This document shows, one piece after another, positions 10,264 to 20,676 of a stretch of 64,000 nucleotides of DNA. Source of the DNA: Chloroflexota bacterium (lineage in GTDB: Bacteria; Chloroflexota; Dehalococcoidia; Lucifugimonadales; SAR202-VII-2). The stretch is taken from NCBI GenBank assembly GCA_003228115.1, contig QEVV01000007.1, positions 166 through 64,165 of the forward strand. Direction: 5' to 3'. Made by a program: the position numbers and the translations under genes. The first letter of the stretch is position 1, and the number at the start of each line of letters is the position of its first letter. Below the pieces are notes generated by a model that did no database searches, was not told the DNA's origin, and worked only from the letters and a program-made list of their open reading frames with translations.

Positions 10264-10712
10264 TAAGCCTTCAACTCCGTAACCGTTCCGCCTGCACCCT
10301 CGATCTTCGCCCTCGCTGCCGCCGTGAAGCGGTGCGCAGATACTGCAAGTGCACGGTCAACATCCCCACGGGCCAGAATCTTGATCGGCGTTCGTGTGTT
10401 CTTCAAGATGCGCGCTTCAACCAGTGCCTCAGGGGTCACCTCAGCGCCAGCGCCGAACGCTGCGAGATTGTCGAGGTTCACTTCGGCATATATCTTTCGG
10501 AAAATGTTGGTAAAACCTCTCCGGTACGCCAGGCGCTTGACCAAGGGCAACTGGCCTCCCTCAAACCATGGAGGGACGCCACCACCGCTTCGGGCCTTCT
10601 GTCCCTTCATGCCGCGCCCAGAGTAGCTCCCCGCCCCGCTGGCATCGCCACGGCCAAGACGGCGGCTCTTTCTAACTGAGCCCTTTGCAGGCTTTAGTTC
10701 GTGCATTCGCAT
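10263..10712 (-). CDS. rplO: 50S ribosomal protein L15
   Basis: 149 aa, 'LKPAKGSVRKSRRLGRG...GRGMKGQKARSGG' matches uL15. Confidence 0.97.
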   Translation of the reverse strand: MRMHELKPAKGSVRKSRRLGRGDASGAGSYSGRGMKGQKARSGGGVPPWFEGGQLPLVKRLAYRRGFTNIFRKIYAEVNLDNLAAFGAGAEVTPEALVEARILKNTRTPIKILARGDVDRALAVSAHRFTAAARAKIEGAGGTVTELKA

Positions 10713-10716
10713 GTTA

Positions 10717-10911
10717 TTAGACCTCGCCCTCGGGCAACTCTTCGACTTTCACCAAATGACTGACCTTGTTGGTCATGCCCCTCATACTTGGGGTGTCGTA
10801 GTGCTCCACAGTGTGGTTTAGCCGTCGCAGACCCAGCGCCTGAATCACGGCCTTCTGCCTCTTGCTGTATCCGATGGCGCTCTTCTTCCAGGTTATTCTC
10901 AATATTGTCAT
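10717..10911 (-). CDS. rpmD: 50S ribosomal protein L30
   Basis: 64 aa, 'LRITWKKSAIGYSKRQKAVIQALGLRRLNHTV' matches uL30. Confidence 0.95.
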   Translation of the reverse strand: MTILRITWKKSAIGYSKRQKAVIQALGLRRLNHTVEHYDTPSMRGMTNKVSHLVKVEELPEGEV

Positions 10912-10947
10912 GAACGTTGCCTTTGGCCTGTTGCCTAGCCAGGGATG

Positions 10948-11706
10948 TTAGGAGTTCGTTGCTTCCGGTTCCCCGGCTGGGCTCTCATCGCTGGCCTGAT
11001 CCTCAGGGGAGAAAATGCGCTGTTCTTCCTCGGCTATCTCAGCCGGCGCCGCGGCTTCGCCTTCTGCACCCGCTTCAGGCGCTGCGCCCTCCGCCTCAAC
11101 CGTTACTGGGGCGGCAGGTTCTTCAGGTAGTGCGATTTCTCGCGGGGCGAGGATGACCTCAGGGGCTGGCGGAGTAATGGCTGCCGCTGCAGCCTGTGGC
11201 ACCGGAATCCCCTTCCGACGGGCGAGTTCAACCGCCGGATCCCTCATGGAGGCTAAACCAATGAGGGTCGCCTTGGCTACGTTAATAGGATTACGACTGC
11301 CCAAACATTTGCTGATGACATCTTTAATGCCTGCTTGTTCCAACACCGCCCTTACGGCGCCCCCGGCAATGAGGCCGGTTCCGGCGGAAGCGGGCTTTAT
11401 CAATACCCTTGCTGGTCCATGTTGAGCGATCGTCTCGTGAGGCACCGTGTTCCCGCGGCGAGCAACTCTGATCAGGCTTCTCCGAGCGATGGCTGTGCCT
11501 TTCCGGACGGCATCCGGAACCGCAGTAGCGCGACCCAGCCCGATACCAACGTGCCCATCTCCATCACCCAGGACGACCATTGCGTTGAAACTCATGCGGC
11601 GTCCGCCCTTCACGACCTTGGACACCCTACGAATTTGAATGACTTTCTCAGTTAGGTTGAGATCCCCTGCTTCGATGCGTTGTTTGAAGGCTTGATTTGT
11701 GCTCAT
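10948..11706 (-). CDS. rpsE: 30S ribosomal protein S5 with ~85-aa C-terminal extension
   Basis: uS5 core ('VIQIRRVSKVVKGGRRMSFNAMVVLGDGDGHVGIGLG') followed by an A/P/E-rich tail. Confidence 0.96.
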   Translation of the reverse strand: MSTNQAFKQRIEAGDLNLTEKVIQIRRVSKVVKGGRRMSFNAMVVLGDGDGHVGIGLGRATAVPDAVRKGTAIARRSLIRVARRGNTVPHETIAQHGPARVLIKPASAGTGLIAGGAVRAVLEQAGIKDVISKCLGSRNPINVAKATLIGLASMRDPAVELARRKGIPVPQAAAAAITPPAPEVILAPREIALPEEPAAPVTVEAEGAAPEAGAEGEAAAPAEIAEEEQRIFSPEDQASDESPAGEPEATNS

Positions 11707-11708
11707 GG

Positions 11709-12077
11709 CTAGATAATCAATCCTTCTTCTCGGGCGGAGTCGGCCAGCGCCTTCACACGTCCGTGATATTTGAACCCACCCCTGTCGAACACTACTTTGT
11801 CCACACCGGCGCTCTTCGCCTTTCGTGCCACCAGAGCACCCACGATCTTAGATACCTCTGACTTAGACTTGCCCGCAGTTTGTTCCTTCACCTCGGCGTC
11901 CATACTGGACGCGGCGGCAAGGGTCCTTCCTTGGGTGTCGTCAATAACCTGAGCGTATAGGTGATTTAGGCTGCGAAAGACAGCCAACCTAGGCCGATCT
12001 GGGGTTCCGGTAACCTTACGACGCACCCTCTTGTGGCGCTGCATACGTTGCAGCCGTGCATTCTTGATTTCAGCCAT
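11709..12077 (-). CDS. rplR: 50S ribosomal protein L18
   Basis: 122 aa, '[20 protein letters not shown]...[24 protein letters not shown]'. Confidence 0.97.
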   Translation of the reverse strand: MAEIKNARLQRMQRHKRVRRKVTGTPDRPRLAVFRSLNHLYAQVIDDTQGRTLAAASSMDAEVKEQTAGKSKSEVSKIVGALVARKAKSAGVDKVVFDRGGFKYHGRVKALADSAREEGLII

Positions 12078-12078
12078 A

Positions 12079-12627
12079 CTAACGTTTCCTTCCTGCGGCG
12101 GCCTTGCCGGCCTTCAGCCTAACAATCTCGCCCGAGTAACGGATACCTTTACCAGTGTAGCTATTCGGTGGCCGAACGCCCCTGATCAGTGCTGCCGCCT
12201 GCCCAACGGCCTCCCTGTCGCTCCCCTGAACCAGTATTCGGTTATTCCCCTCGACGGTGAATGTCACCCCTGGAACAGGCTGCATCTCCACCGGATGGGT
12301 AAAACCCGCGGCTAGCGTAATTCCTGCGCCTTGTTGTTGGACGCGATAGCCTACGCCAACCATTTCTAGCACCTTGGTGAATCCTTCACTGACTCCCACC
12401 ACCATGTTACTCAACAAAGCCCTAGTAAGGCCGTGCAGCGAGCGATGGAGCCGGTTGTCAGTGGGCCGGGTAACCAGGATCGTCCCGTCCTCAGGCGCAA
12501 TGCCTATATCCTCATGAAAATCCCGGACCAGCGTGCCAAGAGGTCCATTGACCGTAACGCTGCTGCCCACGATCTGAACCTTGACGTTACTAGGGACGGG
12601 GATGGGTTGTCGTCCAATTCTTGACAT
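12079..12627 (-). CDS. rplF: 50S ribosomal protein L6
   Basis: 182 aa, '[18 protein letters not shown]...' matches uL6. Confidence 0.97.
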   Translation of the reverse strand: MSRIGRQPIPVPSNVKVQIVGSSVTVNGPLGTLVRDFHEDIGIAPEDGTILVTRPTDNRLHRSLHGLTRALLSNMVVGVSEGFTKVLEMVGVGYRVQQQGAGITLAAGFTHPVEMQPVPGVTFTVEGNNRILVQGSDREAVGQAAALIRGVRPPNSYTGKGIRYSGEIVRLKAGKAAAGRKR

Positions 12628-12639
12628 TGAAGAGAGCTC

Positions 12640-13041
12640 CTACCAAACGTAGCACATCAGCTCGCCGCCGATGCCTTGTTTCCAGGCTTGTTGCCCCGGC
12701 ATCATGCCTGCGGGCGTCGATACGATGGATATGCCGAGGCCTCCATAGTGCCTAGGCACTTCCTTGTTGGCCACATACACCCTTAGACCGGGCTTGCTCA
12801 CCCGTCTCAGACCTGAAATGGCGGGGCTCCGGTCTTCGTAGTAGCGCAAGAAGACGCGAATCACCTTCTGAGGCGTAGGTCCGCGAACAACTTCATAATC
12901 CCGGATAAAGCTCTCTTCCTTAAGTATCCGGGCAAGAGCGATCTTGGGCCTAGACGCCGGGACCAGAACCGAATCATGGTGTGCCATGACCGCGTTCCGA
13001 ACCCTGGTCAACATATCAGCTATTGGGTCACTTACTGTCAT
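12640..13041 (-). CDS. rpsH: 30S ribosomal protein S8
   Basis: 133 aa, '[19 protein letters not shown]' matches uS8. Confidence 0.97.
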   Translation of the reverse strand: MTVSDPIADMLTRVRNAVMAHHDSVLVPASRPKIALARILKEESFIRDYEVVRGPTPQKVIRVFLRYYEDRSPAISGLRRVSKPGLRVYVANKEVPRHYGGLGISIVSTPAGMMPGQQAWKQGIGGELMCYVW

Positions 13042-13071
13042 AGTCTATTCCTGTTTTGGGCTGTGGCCCAA

Positions 13072-13257
13072 CTACCAGCTTGCCTTCATAATGCCAGGCA
13101 ACTCCCCACGCAGCGCAAGCTGCCGGAAGCAAATGCGGCACAACCCAAATTGCCTAATAAAGGCCTTGGGCCGACCACACCGGTCGCACCGATTGTGTTG
13201 CCGCGACGAAAACTTCGGCGGCTTCTGGTCCTTGACGACCTTCGAGAGCTTAGCCAA
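13072..13257 (-). CDS. rpsZ: 30S ribosomal protein S14 type Z (zinc-binding)
   Basis: 61 aa with 'CDRCGRPKAFIRQFGLCRIC'. Confidence 0.96.
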   Translation of the reverse strand: MAKLSKVVKDQKPPKFSSRQHNRCDRCGRPKAFIRQFGLCRICFRQLALRGELPGIMKASW

Positions 13258-13295
13258 CGCGACCTCCTGTTAGGTCGGCCTCCATGACGGAGGCG

Positions 13296-14012
13296 TTAAT
13301 TCTTACTGAATGGCATGCCCAGGTGCTCAAGCAACCTGAGGCTTTCCTCATCCGTCTTTGCTGTCGTAACGATGGCGATTTGCAAGCCCCGGAGCCGGTC
13401 GATGGCGTTGTAATCGATCTCCGGGAACATCGTTTGCTCTCTCAGCCCCAGCGAGAAATTGCCACGACCATCGAAGCTGTGACGTGGAATCCCTCGAAAA
13501 TCTCGAATCCTGGGCAAGGCTACATTGAGGAGCCTGTCGAGGAATTCCCACATACGGCTACCCCTAAGAGTAACCATCATGCCAACCGTCATTCCCTTGC
13601 GCAACTTGAATCCGGCGATGGACTTCTTGGCCTTGGTCGTGACGGGACGCTGACCCACTATTGCCGTGAGGTCTCCCATTGCGGCCTCAACCGCCTTGGG
13701 GTTGAGAAGGCCCTCGGCAAGCCCGATGTTTACGACCACTTTACTAACCCGAGGCACCTGCATGACATTGCCGTAGCTGAAATCCTTGATCATTGCCGGC
13801 GCCACTTCTTGCTTGTATCTCTCCAACATCCGTGGCGTTGGCGCAGGAACATTGCCAACCTTGGCTTCGGCCACGGGCTGCTTGCGGCGTGATGCCCGGG
13901 GTGTAGCAGTTTTGGGCTTAGCGGCCTTGCCCTCTTCTTTCTTGCCTGCTTCCTGGCCCGTTTCTTCTACCTCAGCAATTTCCTCAATCTGTTGTTCGTT
14001 TTTTTCTTCCAT
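13296..14012 (-). CDS. rplE: 50S ribosomal protein L5 with ~60-aa N-terminal extension
   Basis: The uL5 core begins at '[17 protein letters not shown]'. ATG 14012 overlaps the rplX stop (TAATG), which argues the E/K/A-rich N-extension is translated. Track start 14042 would overlap rplX by 31 nt. Confidence 0.9.
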   Translation of the reverse strand: MEEKNEQQIEEIAEVEETGQEAGKKEEGKAAKPKTATPRASRRKQPVAEAKVGNVPAPTPRMLERYKQEVAPAMIKDFSYGNVMQVPRVSKVVVNIGLAEGLLNPKAVEAAMGDLTAIVGQRPVTTKAKKSIAGFKLRKGMTVGMMVTLRGSRMWEFLDRLLNVALPRIRDFRGIPRHSFDGRGNFSLGLREQTMFPEIDYNAIDRLRGLQIAIVTTAKTDEESLRLLEHLGMPFSKN

Positions 14013-14329
14013 TATTCCACCGATTCTCCGCAGTGCTTGCACACACGGACCTTGGTACCGTCGTCAAGAAGTTGAAATCCAACCCGAACAGCCTTTGTGC
14101 ATTTGCTGCATACATAGCGCACATTGGGGATAGGAAGCGGCATCTCGCTGGTTACTCGACCAGCCTGACGCAGCCTGGGGTTGGCTTTAACATGTTTCAC
14201 AACCATGTTCAGCCCTTCCACCATTAGTCGGTTGTTTGATATGAACACCTGTTGAACAGTGCCACGCTTGCCGCGATCTTTGCCGCGCATGACCTGCACC
14301 GTGTCACCTTTTCGAATCTTCGCAGCCAT
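14012..14329 (-). CDS. rplX: 50S ribosomal protein L24 (C-terminal CxxC...CxxC)
   Basis: 105 aa with the KOW motif '[21 protein letters not shown]'. The C-terminus carries 'CSKC...CKHC'. Confidence 0.96.
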   Translation of the reverse strand: MAAKIRKGDTVQVMRGKDRGKRGTVQQVFISNNRLMVEGLNMVVKHVKANPRLRQAGRVTSEMPLPIPNVRYVCSKCTKAVRVGFQLLDDGTKVRVCKHCGESVE

Positions 14330-14330
14330 C

Positions 14331-14699
14331 CTAGAGTACCTCCGGCGCTAGGGACACGATGCGGGTGAAGGCATGTTCTCTCAGTTCGCGAGCAACTGGG
14401 CCAAAAATCCGCGTCCCACGGGGAGTTTGTTGTTCCGTCAGTACAACGGCCGCATTGTCATCGAAGCGAATGTAGGTGCCATCCGGTCGTCGGGTGGCCT
14501 TTGTCGTCCGAACCACCACGGCCCTGATGACCTCACCCTTCCGAACAGCAGAGGCCGGAATGGCCTCTTTCACAGAAGCTACAATAATGTCTCCGACCCT
14601 CGCGTAGCGGCGCCGGGTACCTCCCGGCACGTTGATACACATGATTACTTTGGCGCCCGAATTGTCGGCCACCTTCAGGCGAGTCTGAGGCTGGATCAT
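14331..14699 (-). CDS. rplN: 50S ribosomal protein L14
   Basis: 122 aa, '[22 protein letters not shown]' matches uL14. Confidence 0.98.
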   Translation of the reverse strand: MIQPQTRLKVADNSGAKVIMCINVPGGTRRRYARVGDIIVASVKEAIPASAVRKGEVIRAVVVRTTKATRRPDGTYIRFDDNAAVVLTEQQTPRGTRIFGPVARELREHAFTRIVSLAPEVL

Positions 14700-15499
14700 T
14701 TGCTTTCCTCCGACTCAGCGTCCCCACCTTTCTCTTCCTCAGCAACTGGGTCATCAGTAGCCTCTGCCTCCACCTCGACAGCTTCAGCGACTGGCTCCTC
14801 AACAACCTCTGCCTCTACCTCAACGATTTCAGAGACTGGTTCGTCAACAACCTCTGCCTCTACCTCAACGGTTTCAGAGACTGGTTCGTCAACAACCTCG
14901 GCCTCCGCCTCAACGGCTTCGGCGACTGGTTCGTCAACAACCTCGGCCTCCGCCTCAACGGTTTCAGCGACTGATTCCTCAGCCTCTGCCTCAATGGCTT
15001 CAGCGACTGGTTCGTCAACAACCTCGGCCTCCGCCTCAACGGCTTCAGCGACTGGTTCCTCAGCAACCTCGGCCTCCGCCTCAACGGCTTCAGCGACTGG
15101 TTCCTCAGCAACCTTGGCCTCTGCCTTGGCGGCTTTAGCGGCTGGCGCCTTAACAACCTTAACTTTGACGGCTGGCTTAGCTGCAACTGGCTCCTGAATG
15201 GGTGGCGATAGCGCTTCTTGAGTTGCCGCCTCTTCTGTCGCCGTCACCGGAACGATCTTTCGCTCCAAGACTTCGATCACCCGCCAGCGCTTGGTTTTGG
15301 ACAGCGGCCTAGTCTCTTCTATTCGGACCAAGTCCCCAACGGAGCAGACGCCGCTGTCTGCGTGCGCGGCAAACTTAGCCTGCAGCCGGATGATCTTGTG
15401 GTACGCGGGGTGTGTCGCCCGCCGTTCCACAACAACAATTACCGTCTTTTCCATTTTGTCTCGGATCACCCGCCCGACGCGGGTCTTGCGGTTCGCCAT
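14696..15499 (-). CDS. rpsQ: 30S ribosomal protein S17 with ~180-aa repetitive acidic C-terminal extension
   Basis: The first ~85 aa are uS17 ('[34 protein letters not shown]'). The rest is A/E/V/P repeats ending '...[13 protein letters not shown]'. Confidence 0.94.
   Translation of the reverse strand: MANRKTRVGRVIRDKMEKTVIVVVERRATHPAYHKIIRLQAKFAAHADSGVCSVGDLVRIEETRPLSKTKRWRVIEVLERKIVPVTATEEAATQEALSPPIQEPVAAKPAVKVKVVKAPAAKAAKAEAKVAEEPVAEAVEAEAEVAEEPVAEAVEAEAEVVDEPVAEAIEAEAEESVAETVEAEAEVVDEPVAEAVEAEAEVVDEPVSETVEVEAEVVDEPVSEIVEVEAEVVEEPVAEAVEVEAEATDDPVAEEEKGGDAESEESK
14762..15125 (-). repeat. Coding tandem repeat, 8 units of 45 nt (one 36-nt variant), inside rpsQ
   Basis: Peptide units 'VV[DE][12 protein letters not shown]' are read head-to-tail. 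The plus strand shows repeated 'ctcaacggcttcagcgactggttc...acctcggcctccgc'. Confidence 0.9.
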
Positions 15500-15500
15500 A

Positions 15501-15710
15501 CTATTTTCCGCCTACGAGCTTGCGCTCTTGAATAATGGTGAGGAGCTGGGCCACTTTCTTACGAGCCTGACCCACTTCGTTGACGTTGTCCAACTGCATA
15601 GTTGCCTTTCTGAACCTCAGGTTCAGGAGGGCCGATCGAGACTCAACTAGCTCGTCCGCTAGCTCCTTGTCGCTCAACCGCCTCAGTTCGTTCGCGTCTA
15701 GTTTCGGCAA
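15501..15710 (-). CDS. rpmC: 50S ribosomal protein L29
   Basis: 69 aa, '[34 protein letters not shown]'. Confidence 0.96.
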   Translation of the reverse strand: MPKLDANELRRLSDKELADELVESRSALLNLRFRKATMQLDNVNEVGQARKKVAQLLTIIQERKLVGGK

Positions 15711-15731
15711 TTCAATTTCCTTTGGGCGCCT

Positions 15732-16172
15732 CTAAATAGGGGCACCGGACCCCCGTTCGATCGTCTCTTCGCGGAAGACCATCCGCACATCAATGGGAAG
15801 TTTGTGTGAGGCCCTACGGAACGCTTCCTTGGCCACTTCCTCACGCACCCCAGCCAGTTCAAATAGTATCCTTCCTGGCTTGACCACAGCCACCCAGCCC
15901 TCAACGTTGCCCTTGCCGCTTCCCATACGGGTTTCGGCCGGCTTCTGCGTAATTGGCTTGTCCGGGAACACCCGGATCCACAACTGCCCGCCTCGACGCA
16001 AATACCGCACTATTGCCCGACGGGCCGACTCGATCTGTCGGGCACTCAGCCAGGTTACTGCCATGGCCTTCATCCCGAATTCACCGAAATTCACCTGATT
16101 GCCGCCCTGGGCCTTGCCCCTCCGGCGACCGCGGTGCATCTTGCGGTACTTGGTCCTCCTTGGTTGAAGCAT
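15732..16172 (-). CDS. rplP: 50S ribosomal protein L16
   Basis: 146 aa, '[19 protein letters not shown]...' matches uL16. Confidence 0.98.
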   Translation of the reverse strand: MLQPRRTKYRKMHRGRRRGKAQGGNQVNFGEFGMKAMAVTWLSARQIESARRAIVRYLRRGGQLWIRVFPDKPITQKPAETRMGSGKGNVEGWVAVVKPGRILFELAGVREEVAKEAFRRASHKLPIDVRMVFREETIERGSGAPI

Positions 16173-16180
16173 GGCCTCTC

Positions 16181-17038
16181 CTAGACCTCTTTACCGTCGG
16201 CTGACTCTTCACTTGGAGCCGGTTCAACGGCTGCAGATGACTGAGGTGCCGAGGTTGGGGCTTGTTCTGGTTCAGCAGCAGGGGCGGGCGCCACTGGTGA
16301 AGTTTCCAACGCAGCCAGTGCGCCCTCACCAAGCCCCGTCTCCTCATCACCATCGTCATTAACCTGAAACTCAATGGTAGCCATGTCCTCATCAGCTACC
16401 GCAAGTTCGGGCAAGATGTCGCCTTTGTAGATCCAAACCTTCACTCCGACTGCGCCCATCTGCGTCCTTGCCTCAGCAATTGCGAAGTCAATATCGGCCC
16501 GCAAGGTGTGCAGGGGAACTCGACCGTCCATTGCCTTCTCTTTACGAGCGATCTCTGCGCCCGATAGCCGACCCGATGCAAGTATTTTTACGCCCTTAGC
16601 GCCAGCCTGCATGGTACGAGTTATGCCTTGCCGCATTGCCCGTCGGTATGCGATACGGCGCTCCAACTGGTCTGCAATGTTGCGCGCTACAAGAAAGGCG
16701 TCCAACTCAGGATTGCGAATCTCAACAACATTGAGGCGGGCCTTCTTTTCCGTGAGCTGTTCCAAGGCTTGGCGCAATTCTTCAACCCTGGAGCCACCTC
16801 GCCCGATGACGATGCCGGGCCTCGCCGTGTGTATGTTAACCACTAACTCTTGGGAGCCTCGTTCAATCTCCACTCGAGAGATTCCTGCGTCGGGCAGCTT
16901 CTTGAAGATGATAGAGCGAATGCTCAGGTCTTCCTGCACCAACTTGCGGTAGTCCGCTGCACGGTGGGCAAACCACCGTGACTGCCAGTCTTTTATAACT
17001 CCCAGGCGAAAGCCTACGGGATGGGTTTTGTGCCCCAA
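16181..17038 (-). CDS. rpsC: 30S ribosomal protein S3 with ~65-aa C-terminal extension
   Basis: uS3 KH and C-terminal domains ('[23 protein letters not shown]') followed by an acidic/Pro-Ala tail. Confidence 0.96.
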   Translation of the reverse strand: MGHKTHPVGFRLGVIKDWQSRWFAHRAADYRKLVQEDLSIRSIIFKKLPDAGISRVEIERGSQELVVNIHTARPGIVIGRGGSRVEELRQALEQLTEKKARLNVVEIRNPELDAFLVARNIADQLERRIAYRRAMRQGITRTMQAGAKGVKILASGRLSGAEIARKEKAMDGRVPLHTLRADIDFAIAEARTQMGAVGVKVWIYKGDILPELAVADEDMATIEFQVNDDGDEETGLGEGALAALETSPVAPAPAAEPEQAPTSAPQSSAAVEPAPSEESADGKEV

Positions 17039-17039
17039 G

Positions 17040-17378
17040 CTAGTTCTCCTTCTCGTCCACGACGATGGTGACGTGCGAGTGGCGCTTGATTATGCGATCC
17101 GCCCGGCCCCTGGCCCGAGGGCGAAAGCGCCGAAGCCGCATACCGTCGTCGGCATAGGCGCCAACAACATGAAGATCTCTGGGCGCCATAAAATTGTTGT
17201 TCTCTGCGTTAGCTGCTGCAGACTTTACGGCCTTGGCGATCGCATGTGCCGTCGGACTAGGCATGAACTGCAGAATCACCAACGCTCGGTCCACCGCCTC
17301 TCCGCGAATTACATCAAGAATCTTTCGCGCCTTGAGGGGCGACACTCCCAAGTTTTTTATCCTGGCTATGACAGCCAT
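17040..17378 (-). CDS. rplV: 50S ribosomal protein L22
   Basis: 112 aa, 'ARIKNLGVSPLKARKILDVIRG' matches uL22. Confidence 0.97.
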   Translation of the reverse strand: MAVIARIKNLGVSPLKARKILDVIRGEAVDRALVILQFMPSPTAHAIAKAVKSAAANAENNNFMAPRDLHVVGAYADDGMRLRRFRPRARGRADRIIKRHSHVTIVVDEKEN

Positions 17379-17387
17379 AGCTGCTCC

Positions 17388-17672
17388 CTAGTTCCGGATC
17401 CGAGTGCGATCCGATTTTGAAATGTGCCCGTGGAACGTCCGGGTGGGAGCGAACTCTCCTAGACGATGCCCGACCATGTTCTCAGTGATGTATATCGGGA
17501 TGTGCCGCCGTCCATTGTGAATCGCAATAGTTAAGGCGATCATCTCGGGCATGATCATTGAGGCCCTAGACCATGTACGAATCACAGTCTTCGTGCTGCT
17601 TCTCTGTGCCCGCTCCACCTTTTTCGCCAATGATGGGTGGACGTAAGGACCCTTCTTTATCGATCGAGACAT
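17388..17672 (-). CDS. rpsS: 30S ribosomal protein S19
   Basis: 94 aa, '[14 protein letters not shown]...[29 protein letters not shown]'. Confidence 0.98.
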   Translation of the reverse strand: MSRSIKKGPYVHPSLAKKVERAQRSSTKTVIRTWSRASMIMPEMIALTIAIHNGRRHIPIYITENMVGHRLGEFAPTRTFHGHISKSDRTRIRN

Positions 17673-17743
17673 CGATCGCTCTCCCCTGTAACTTCCTGAC
17701 TAATCTACCTTACCTAACCGTCACGACCTCGAAACTGCAGCCT

Positions 17744-18574
17744 CTACTTTGTACGCCTGCGCACAATAAACACGCTAGATCGCTTATTTCGCCGCGTACG
17801 GTACCCCAGCGCAGGCTTCCCCCAAGGAGTCTTGGGGTGAGGCATGCCAATGGGCGACCGTCCCTCACCACCACCGTGTGGATGGTCCCGGGGGTTCATG
17901 ACTGAGCCTCGGACCGTAGGACGCCAGCCCATGTGCCGCTTTCGTCCCGCCTTACCGATCTTAAGGTTCTTGTGCTCGATGTTGCCCACCTGACCAACGG
18001 TGGCATAACACTCTTCATTCACTCGGCGCATTTCACCGGAAGGCAACCGCAATAGCGCCTTACCTTCTTCCTTGGCCATGACTTGGGCGGAGGTGCCGGC
18101 GCTTCGAGCCAGCTGCCCTCCCTTCCCTGGGTCGAGTTCAATGTTGTGGACCGTTGTACCCGTAGGAATCAACCGCAAGGGTAGGGCACAACCGGATTTA
18201 AGTGCAGCGTCGGGACCGGCCTCTACCGTGTCCCCAACCTTGAGGCCGTTGGTTGCCAGTATGTAGCGCTTATCGCCGTCTACATATTGAACGAGGGCCA
18301 AATTGGCAGACCGGTACGGATCGTACTCAATCGCTGTTACCTTTCCGGGCACGCCCCGCTTCATACGCTTCATGTCAATGATGCGGAAATTACGCTTGGC
18401 TCCGCCTCCGCGGTGCCGAACCGTTATTCTCCCGAATACATTCCGTCCACCCGAGCGCTTACCACCGATGACGAGCGCCTTTTCCGGCTTCGTCTTGGTT
18501 ATTTCCTCGAAGGACGAACGAACCGTGCCTCGTTGGCCTGGACTAGTTGGTTTGTATTTCTTTGTTGCGGGCAT
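17744..18574 (-). CDS. rplB: 50S ribosomal protein L2
   Basis: 276 aa, '...[23 protein letters not shown]' matches uL2. Confidence 0.98.
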   Translation of the reverse strand: MPATKKYKPTSPGQRGTVRSSFEEITKTKPEKALVIGGKRSGGRNVFGRITVRHRGGGAKRNFRIIDMKRMKRGVPGKVTAIEYDPYRSANLALVQYVDGDKRYILATNGLKVGDTVEAGPDAALKSGCALPLRLIPTGTTVHNIELDPGKGGQLARSAGTSAQVMAKEEGKALLRLPSGEMRRVNEECYATVGQVGNIEHKNLKIGKAGRKRHMGWRPTVRGSVMNPRDHPHGGGEGRSPIGMPHPKTPWGKPALGYRTRRNKRSSVFIVRRRTK

Positions 18575-18577
18575 CGG

Positions 18578-18862
18578 CTAGGCCCCTTCAAATAATTCAA
18601 TTTTTGAGCCTTGGCTCAGCGTTACGACGGCCTTCTTCCACATGCGGGTCATATAAGCGTGCTGGCCCCTTCGCTTGGGCTTCGGCCGGACCTTGATAAT
18701 GTTCACGTCCAAAACATTGACGTCGAACACCAACTCTACCGCCTCTCGCACCTGGACCTTGTTGGCGTCTGGCGCAACCTCGAAAACGTATTTCTGCTTT
18801 TCCTGCAACAACGTGCTCTTTTCGGTAACGATCGGTCGCCTGAGTACTTCTCGTAGGTCCAT
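18578..18862 (-). CDS. rplW: 50S ribosomal protein L23
   Basis: 94 aa, 'LRRPIVTEKSTLLQEKQKYVFEV' matches uL23. Confidence 0.96.
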   Translation of the reverse strand: MDLREVLRRPIVTEKSTLLQEKQKYVFEVAPDANKVQVREAVELVFDVNVLDVNIIKVRPKPKRRGQHAYMTRMWKKAVVTLSQGSKIELFEGA

Positions 18863-18868
18863 AACTGC

Positions 18869-19675
18869 TTACTCTTTATCTTCGGTTTGTTCGCCTTGCT
18901 CGGCAGGCGTAGTCTCATCAGCCGGGGCCACCTCATCGACGGCCTCTGAAACAACCGCTGCAGCCTTTGTCGTTCGCCTTGGGCGCCGGACTGGGGCCTC
19001 GGCCACCGCTACTTCGGCCTCTGCTGCAAGTTCATGCTCTCTCTTCGTTAGGGGCCTGGCCCATAGTTCCTCGGCCTTGCGGACCGCATCCACCGTCATA
19101 ACCACTCGGTGGTAGCGAAGCACATCTTCAACGTTTAGTCGATCTGCAGGGAGAACTCGAACCCTTGGCAGGTTCCGCGCCGAAAGCGCCAATGCAGGGG
19201 TAGGCTCTCCGATAACCACCAGGGTCGATCGATAGGCGCCGATATTCTTGAGCGCAATCCTCAATTCCTGGGTCTTGGGTACGTCCATGGCTAAAGAGTC
19301 CAAAAGGATAAGTTCCTGAGAACCCGTCCTAGACGAAATAGCGGATCGCAGAGCCAAGCGGCGCATTTTCTTGGGTATACCGCGATAGTGACTTCGCGGC
19401 CTGGGTCCGAACACCACACCCCCGCCCTTCCATTGCGGGGACCGAATGCTTCCCTGGCGAGCTCGGCCGGTGCCTTTCTGCGGGCGGGGCTTACGCCCAC
19501 CCCCAGAAACCTCCGCTCGAGTCTTAGTCGAGTGGGTGCCAGCTCTGTGGTTGCCAAGTTGGGCTACAAGAACCTGGTGAAGCAGAGGCCGGTTAATCGG
19601 AGCTCCAAAGAGCACATCCGCCACTTCTGCCTGGCCTACTATCTCACCCTTGCTGTTGTGAATCGGGAGTTCCAC
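18869..19675 (-). CDS. rplD: 50S ribosomal protein L4 with ~60-aa C-terminal extension
   Basis: uL4 core ('[44 protein letters not shown]') followed by an A/E/V/T tail. Confidence 0.96.
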   Translation of the reverse strand: MELPIHNSKGEIVGQAEVADVLFGAPINRPLLHQVLVAQLGNHRAGTHSTKTRAEVSGGGRKPRPQKGTGRARQGSIRSPQWKGGGVVFGPRPRSHYRGIPKKMRRLALRSAISSRTGSQELILLDSLAMDVPKTQELRIALKNIGAYRSTLVVIGEPTPALALSARNLPRVRVLPADRLNVEDVLRYHRVVMTVDAVRKAEELWARPLTKREHELAAEAEVAVAEAPVRRPRRTTKAAAVVSEAVDEVAPADETTPAEQGEQTEDKE

Positions 19676-19678
19676 GTA

Positions 19679-20302
19679 CTACCTCAGCGACTTATTAGAA
19701 CGACGGATCATTACGAGCGTGTTGCGGGCACCGGGGACGGGGCCCTTAACGAATAGGAGGTTTCGTTCCAGGTCTGCCTGGACGACCTCCAGGTTTTGGA
19801 CGGTTGTACGGGCATTGCCCATGTGACCGGCCATCTTCATTCCCTTGATTACGCGACCGGGGAACGTGCCAGCACCAATGGACCCAGGCGCCCGATGACG
19901 GTCCCCCTGACCATGGGTTTTGGGGCCGCCCTTGAAATGGTGCCGCTTCACAACCCCGGCGAAACCCTTCCCCTTGGAGTTAGCGATCACATCCACCCGT
20001 TCGCCGGGCTGGAAAATATCCACCGTAATCTTCTGGCCTACTTCGAGAGCCTCATCGAGAGGGAATTCACGCAGATGACGCGCCTGGGAGCCGGATGCCC
20101 GCAGGTGTCCCTTCTCTGGATTCGTCAAGCGATGGGTCTCACCATAGCCAAGCTGAACAGCCTCATAGCCGTCCCGTTTTTTCGTCTTTATGTCGGTGAC
20201 CGTACAGGGACCCGCCTCAATGACGCTCACCGCAGAGACGGTGCCGTCCTCCCGGAATATCCGAGTCATGCCGATTTTTTTGCCGATTATGCCGTTTACC
20301 AT
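19679..20302 (-). CDS. rplC: 50S ribosomal protein L3
   Basis: 207 aa, '[13 protein letters not shown]...[21 protein letters not shown]'. Confidence 0.98.
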   Translation of the reverse strand: MVNGIIGKKIGMTRIFREDGTVSAVSVIEAGPCTVTDIKTKKRDGYEAVQLGYGETHRLTNPEKGHLRASGSQARHLREFPLDEALEVGQKITVDIFQPGERVDVIANSKGKGFAGVVKRHHFKGGPKTHGQGDRHRAPGSIGAGTFPGRVIKGMKMAGHMGNARTTVQNLEVVQADLERNLLFVKGPVPGARNTLVMIRRSNKSLR

Positions 20303-20307
20303 GATCT

Positions 20308-20616
20308 TTAGAGCTTTATTGAGATGTCGACACCGGCTGGTACATTAAGCCGGGTCAAAGAGTCTATGGTCTTACTCGTGGGGTCCAGTATGTCAATCAG
20401 ACGCTTGTGCGTTGACAACTGAAAATGTTCCCGAGAATCCTTGTCCACATGGGGCGACCGAATCACACACCATCGCTTGATGTGCGTCGGCAGCGGCACC
20501 GGACCCGCAACAACAGCACCAGTGCGCTCGGCTGCCTCAACGATCTGCCTTGCAGACAGATCGAGAGTCCGGTGATCAAACGCCTTAAGAATGATTCTTA
20601 TTTTTTGCCGCGCCAT
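20308..20616 (-). CDS. rpsJ: 30S ribosomal protein S10
   Basis: 102 aa, '[16 protein letters not shown]...[24 protein letters not shown]'. Confidence 0.98.
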   Translation of the reverse strand: MARQKIRIILKAFDHRTLDLSARQIVEAAERTGAVVAGPVPLPTHIKRWCVIRSPHVDKDSREHFQLSTHKRLIDILDPTSKTIDSLTRLNVPAGVDISIKL

Positions 20617-20676
20617 AGCGCTGTCAGCCTCTCATCAATGATATGTAGTCTGTCGCCCTGGGTAGGGTGCCGTCGT

